Shown here: positions 16,085 through 20,000 of the stretch, in pieces
How the letters are laid out: every line of letters begins with the position of its first letter
Numbering within the stretch: position 1 is the first letter of the stretch
Source: an uncultured virus (IMG/VR IMGVR_UViG_3300008267_009160)
Taxonomy: Duplodnaviria > Heunggongvirae > Uroviricota > Caudoviricetes
Virus record (IMG/VR): IMGVR_UViG_3300008267_009160
Span: 54,186 to 74,185 of that record
DNA: 20,000 nt
Strand: one strand, 5' to 3'
The notes under the pieces: generated by a model
Told to the model about the DNA's origin: nothing
Database searches by the model: none
Seen by the model: the letters and a program-made list of their open reading frames with translations, nothing else
Program-made: the position numbers and the translations under genes

Positions 16085-17878
16085 TTATTGACCAAATGTT
16101 GCTCCAGTTGGTAGAATGTTGAAGTCAAGTATAATGAATTCAGCAGTTCTAGTTGGCTGTAAGTAGATAGCACCTACTAATTGGTTTCTATCGATTACAT
16201 CTGGAGTGTTGTTTGTTTCATCCATTACAATTCTGTAAGAATATAGACCCTGTCTTTGTTGTACTGAATCTAAGTAAGGAGTCATTTGATTGACGAACTT
16301 AGTTCTTGTAGCAACTGTGTTCTGCTCGAATAAGAAGTTTTCAGCAATTTGACCAATTTGTCTCTTAAGAGCAATTAATAGTCTTCTTACGTTTACTCTA
16401 TCAAGAGCAGAAGGCTTAGTTTGTAAGGTCTTCTGACCATATACTACTGTACCTTGTCCAGGGAATATTGCAATTGGGTTTACTTTACCGTTGTAAAGGT
16501 TGTCTCTGTTAGACTTTGTTAATCTGTATTCAGGACCGATTACTGTTGGCAGTCCACCGCGGTTTAGACCTGCTGGTGCAAACCATTCTGCAGCAATCTT
16601 GTCGTTATATGCATACACACCGGGGATGATAGTTGAAGCAGGAACCCAACGCATTTTACCTGTCTCGTTAGATCTTACTTGAACCCAAGGCCAGTATGTA
16701 GCGGCATAGCTAGTATCGGCTACAGCTGCATTATTTACAGCGTTAGAAACACTTTGGTTTTTAGCTGTTGTGTCTAGTACTGCAATTGCATCACCTCTAC
16801 CTTCGACGATTGTTATTACATCTGCTAGGGTAGTTTCTGCATTTTGAATGGCTAGACCTGGAGCATAAATTACTTCGTAGTCGTACCAGTCTTTATTTTT
16901 AAGAAGACTGAAAGCTATATCGTAGTTACCTGGAACGAGTCCTTGTATGTTTTCAGTAGCGTTTGTTGAACCTTCAGGAACACCTGTTATGTTTTCAAAC
17001 AGCTTTAACGCTTTACCGCTAGTCTTTCCGCCGTATAGATCACCAGCTGAACCACTGAAAGATCCATTGTATGAACCTGAACCTATTTTAGGTATAGAGC
17101 CGGTTGCAGCTGAGTTTGCAGTTCCGTCATTGTTTAAGTATCCGGGCTGTGCATTAACGTAAGATACTCTCACGAAACGGCTCTTGTTAGCGTAAGATCC
17201 TGTAGAGAGTAACTGCCAATCGCCGTTCTCATCTTGAACAGGATACCAAGACATATTACCGATTTGGTATTCTATATAATTAGGTGTATTTGGATCTAAG
17301 CTTAAGTTAGACCAAGTCTCTAATACTGTTTTTTGTTTCTGGTAGTCATCACCTCTTCTGATCACAAGAGTGAAAAGTCCGTTCTCTTTATCTGAGTATG
17401 ATACTTCCCATCTGATATTATTCAATGAACCAGAAGGTAAATACCCCTCTGCTAGGCTTGCTGTTGCACCTTGGTAGTTGCTTTGGTCAACACCTAAAGC
17501 GAGTGTTTCTAATATAAAAGAAACAACTCCAGAGCTTGTAGCTGGTACAGAAGCAGTTGCAGGTAGGTAACCTCCGTTAGGTATAGTTGCAATTGATCCT
17601 GAAACAACTCTTGTTACAATCATAGTCTCACCTCCTTGTTGGAAGTAGTTATAAACTGCTAAAGAGGTTAGATATTCTTCGGTAGAGCTACCGGTTACAA
17701 ATATAGATCCAAACTTGCTTGTAAAATCAGAATAAGAAGTTACTACAGTAGGGTAGTTAACCGGCCCTTTAACGGTAGGACCTACTAACGCGGCACCTGC
17801 TACTACAGGTCCTTGTGCTATTTGGGATAGGTCGTTTTCGTTTAGAAATACGCCGGGTGAGATTATTGCTTCTGCCAT
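16085..17878 (-). CDS. Contractile tail sheath protein (T4 gp18-like)
   Basis: N-terminal SPGVF..E.D, YAATYWPW, WFAPAGLNRG, RD.LY...VNPI..FPG.G.VVYGQKTL, SALDRVNVRRLL, FE.N...TR and IYLQPTRTAEFI.LDF are hallmark sheath motifs. Confidence 0.95.
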   Translation of the reverse strand: MAEAIISPGVFLNENDLSQIAQGPVVAGAALVGPTVKGPVNYPTVVTSYSDFTSKFGSIFVTGSSTEEYLTSLAVYNYFQQGGETMIVTRVVSGSIATIPNGGYLPATASVPATSSGVVSFILETLALGVDQSNYQGATASLAEGYLPSGSLNNIRWEVSYSDKENGLFTLVIRRGDDYQKQKTVLETWSNLSLDPNTPNYIEYQIGNMSWYPVQDENGDWQLLSTGSYANKSRFVRVSYVNAQPGYLNNDGTANSAATGSIPKIGSGSYNGSFSGSAGDLYGGKTSGKALKLFENITGVPEGSTNATENIQGLVPGNYDIAFSLLKNKDWYDYEVIYAPGLAIQNAETTLADVITIVEGRGDAIAVLDTTAKNQSVSNAVNNAAVADTSYAATYWPWVQVRSNETGKMRWVPASTIIPGVYAYNDKIAAEWFAPAGLNRGGLPTVIGPEYRLTKSNRDNLYNGKVNPIAIFPGQGTVVYGQKTLQTKPSALDRVNVRRLLIALKRQIGQIAENFLFEQNTVATRTKFVNQMTPYLDSVQQRQGLYSYRIVMDETNNTPDVIDRNQLVGAIYLQPTRTAEFIILDFNILPTGATFGQ

Positions 17879-17905
17879 AGTTTTTTAGATTAGTTAATTT
17901 CTAAT

Positions 17906-17913
17906 AATAAATA
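17906..17913 (-). promoter_or_regulatory. TATTTATT motif (putative late promoter variant) 27 nt upstream of the sheath gene
   Basis: One mismatch to TATTTATA, intergenic. Confidence 0.6.
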
Positions 17914-17952
17914 GTACACTTTTTTCGTAAAAAGTTATTCCTAAAATATTTA

Positions 17953-18201
17953 TTATGTTATTTTAGTTGCGGTTCCATCTTCGATATTTACAGAAACTGG
18001 TCCGTATTTCTTTACTAGACTTTCTGAAGCAGATTCTTCCTCGATCATTAATTCTTGTAATTCTCCAAGGTAAGCTTGTTCTACTAAATTTAATCTAGCT
18101 TTTTGTACGGCGATTTCACCTAGATTCGCGACTAATTTTTCTGTTCTTTCTTTGATCTTTACTAGTTGATCAATTTCTTCTTGTAACAAGTTAATTTTCA
18201 T
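17953..18201 (-). CDS. Small coiled-coil hypothetical protein
   Basis: 82 aa with a heptad-like Leu/Glu/Gln-rich helix ending L.KKYG..SVNIEDG. Lies between the fibre-like gene and the sheath gene. Confidence 0.7.
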   Translation of the reverse strand: MKINLLQEEIDQLVKIKERTEKLVANLGEIAVQKARLNLVEQAYLGELQELMIEEESASESLVKKYGPVSVNIEDGTATKIT

Positions 18202-18215
18202 AAACGTTTATATTT

Positions 18216-20000
18216 TTAAGATACTTGAGTTAGAGTTGCTATAATAGACGGCACTCCGGGTATATTCCCGTTTGCAGCAAGGTAAGCATAGGTTGTATTT
18301 GCACTGTTACTCTGATATGCTATTTCTAAATAATCTCCAGCATTCAAAGAGTCTACAAAGTTCCATGCTGCAACGAGGCGATGATTCGAAGGCACAGTTA
18401 CTACTGTAGCACTATTAGGTATATTAGATCCGTTCTTCTTAAACCAGATATAGACATCAGCAGAGCCTGCTCCTTGAACAATTTGAGCTGAGAATTGAAG
18501 ATTAAAGACGCCGGTATCAGCTACTTGTATCCTCGTCGGTAACCCCATCTCATTATTTTCAATAGTAACTTCGTTACTGTAGTCTGTTGTATGATATTGA
18601 AAAGATCCAGACTGGTTAATTGAGCCGGACTGAGTTGTTAGATCGCTAAAAGCTCCGAAGTGTTTGCCTTGGAGACTGGAGCTTATGCTAGTTCCGTTTA
18701 TGTAGAGTTGGTTGTTTCCTTCTACGTAAACACTACCGGTTATATGCAACGAACCAGTCATTTCGTGACGGTTATTTGCATCTAGGTGCAACTTCTTATT
18801 TGCTATTGAATCAAATCCTCCTGCAAAGAACATTATAGGCATGTCAGAAGATGCATTACCTATGTGAAGATGTTCCCCTGTAGAATATATGTAAGCATCA
18901 TTAGGACCCCCTACCACGTTTGGAATATTATAAGTACTACTATTAATACCCATGTCAATATAGTACTCTGTTTCGCTTCCTATATCGTTTGTAGCAACTA
19001 TATCACTAGAAGCTACTACACTATCAGATAAATTTTGGATATTAATTTGAGAATAAGTAGCTACATTGCTTTCGGCTTGTATTATATTATAACTAGCGTT
19101 GTTAGCAGGTAATACTCTTAGAGCAGGAACTGCAGTACTAACTTCAGAAGCAGTAGTACTTGTGTTAATACCTACTACTCCTTCAGGATGTATATACACT
19201 TTAGCATTAGCTTCGGTATCAAACCCTCCATTAAATATTATGACTGATTTATTAGGGGCAGCGTTACCTATTAGTAGATTACTTCCTGTTACGTAAAGGT
19301 ATCCATCGTTAGGACCTCCTACTACTCCAGAAGCACTATCAAAAGTACTACTGTTAATGCCCATATTTATGTAGTTACCTTCTTCGGTAGCTTCGTCATT
19401 TGCTGCAACTACATCGGCTGATGCGGTAGATCCACTGCTGTGGTTACATATTAGATTCTGCACATATCCGTCTACTTCTGCTAAAGAAGTTATTATATTA
19501 TAAGAACCGGTATTGAGTTGTTGTACAATTAAAGCTTCAGGAGCAGCTGCTCCATGAGATGCAGATGTGTTTATTCCAATATAGTACCAATTCTCGCCGT
19601 CTACGATACTGGCTGTTTGCCAGATTGCGCTGTTAACTAGTGTAAATGTTTCATCTAGGTAGGGAATATGGTAAGGGTCTGCATCAATTCTAGGTATGTT
19701 AGAAGCTGTTACGTCTCCGAAAAATTGAATTGAACCGTAGACTGTGTGACCTGAACCGGTCACTTCTAGTGCGCCGGAAAGTATTAGATCACCGCTAGAG
19801 CTAATCTTCATCTTAACTCTATCCTGTACATTAAAGCCGCCAACGAAGAAGTTTAAACTTCCGGTTGCACCTTCTCTAGCATTGCCTATATAGAATTCGT
19901 TTGCAAGAGAGTATAAGTAAGCATCACCGGCATTACCTATTCCTCCTTCTACAGAGTATCCCGAGTTATTAATACCGAGATCGACGTACATATCCGATTC
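18216..20000 (-). CDS. Tail fibre/adhesin-like virion protein, 3' part (start lies beyond the right edge), with a C1q/BclA-like C-terminal domain
   Basis: The frame is open past ATG 19991 to the edge (GAA TCG GAT ATG). Gly/Ser/Asn-rich beta repeats. C-terminal GVFNLQFSAQI...VYIWFKKNG...LVAAWNF..SLNAGDYLEI resembles a C1q/TNF-like jelly roll. Confidence 0.7.
   Translation of the reverse strand, partial: ESDMYVDLGINNSGYSVEGGIGNAGDAYLYSLANEFYIGNAREGATGSLNFFVGGFNVQDRVKMKISSSGDLILSGALEVTGSGHTVYGSIQFFGDVTASNIPRIDADPYHIPYLDETFTLVNSAIWQTASIVDGENWYYIGINTSASHGAAAPEALIVQQLNTGSYNIITSLAEVDGYVQNLICNHSSGSTASADVVAANDEATEEGNYINMGINSSTFDSASGVVGGPNDGYLYVTGSNLLIGNAAPNKSVIIFNGGFDTEANAKVYIHPEGVVGINTSTTASEVSTAVPALRVLPANNASYNIIQAESNVATYSQINIQNLSDSVVASSDIVATNDIGSETEYYIDMGINSSTYNIPNVVGGPNDAYIYSTGEHLHIGNASSDMPIMFFAGGFDSIANKKLHLDANNRHEMTGSLHITGSVYVEGNNQLYINGTSISSSLQGKHFGAFSDLTTQSGSINQSGSFQYHTTDYSNEVTIENNEMGLPTRIQVADTGVFNLQFSAQIVQGAGSADVYIWFKKNGSNIPNSATVVTVPSNHRLVAAWNFVDSLNAGDYLEIAYQSNSANTTYAYLAANGNIPGVPSIIATLTQVS
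18780..20000 (-). repeat. Three diverged ~135-aa repeats in the fibre-like protein
   Basis: YVDLGINNS..GDAYLYS..IGNA..FFVGGF, YINMGINSS..GPNDGYLY..IGNA..IFNGGFD and YIDMGINSS..GPNDAYIYS..IGNA..FFAGGFD. Copies 2 and 3 are 411 nt (137 aa) apart; copies 1 and 2 are 615 nt apart. Confidence 0.85.

Noticed and set aside
3945..17878. Extracellular contractile injection system or tailocin (Afp/PVC-like) interpretation
   Set aside because: The sheath-tube-LysM-hub genes are contiguous with phage-type SSB, recombinase and polymerase genes and include a long tape measure gene. No AAA+ ATPase or bacterial housekeeping context is in view.
17918..17935. Inverted repeat ACTTTTT-TCGT-AAAAAGT upstream of the sheath gene
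   Set aside because: The stem is almost all A-T and too weak to call as a terminator.
4326..19296. The plus-strand ORFs in the track (e.g. 10840-11352, 11470-12084, 5548-5877, 6511-6840)
   Set aside because: All lie largely antisense to well-supported minus-strand genes. Their Pro/Ser/Ala-rich content mirrors Gly/Ala codons on the coding strand, and they show no motifs.
1..20000. Stop-codon reassignment (TAG or TGA recoding), as in some large phages
   Set aside because: Long ORFs are intact under the standard code. TAG (7534, 14914, 13851) and TGA (1894, 3269, 14101) end genes at sensible boundaries.
1..20000. CRISPR arrays, tRNA genes, introns, inteins or diversity-generating retroelement repeats
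   Set aside because: Intergenic gaps are under about 80 nt once the extension ORF is counted. I saw no regularly spaced nucleotide repeats, cloverleaf, intein motifs, reverse transcriptase or adenine-variable repeat pair. The protein repeats are diverged at all base types.

Overview
An AT-rich segment of a large contractile-tailed (myovirus-type) phage, probably infecting Bacteroidota. All real genes are on the minus strand. In transcription order (right to left): partial repeat-rich fibre-like protein with a C1q/BclA-like tip, small coiled-coil protein, tail sheath, gp19-like tail tube, terminator, an inserted Cys-His-Asp protein, tail assembly chaperone with an unannotated +1-frame extension, tape measure protein, repeat-expanded tube-initiator-like protein, LysM protein, hub-like protein fused to an Amidase_2 domain, and a hypothetical protein. 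A replication block follows: a short divergent family-A polymerase, a coupled 140-aa protein, gp32-like SSB and a partial RecA/UvsX-like recombinase. Best leads: (1) a likely programmed +1 frameshift at UUU-UUU-U just before the tape measure gene; (2) a PolA that appears to lack its thumb and steric-gate Glu; (3) a structural-gene motif TATTTATA, the reverse complement of the T4 late promoter, alongside a second promoter class before replication genes; (4) a transglutaminase-like gene with its own signals inside the tail module. All family calls come from motif recognition by eye; no searches were run.
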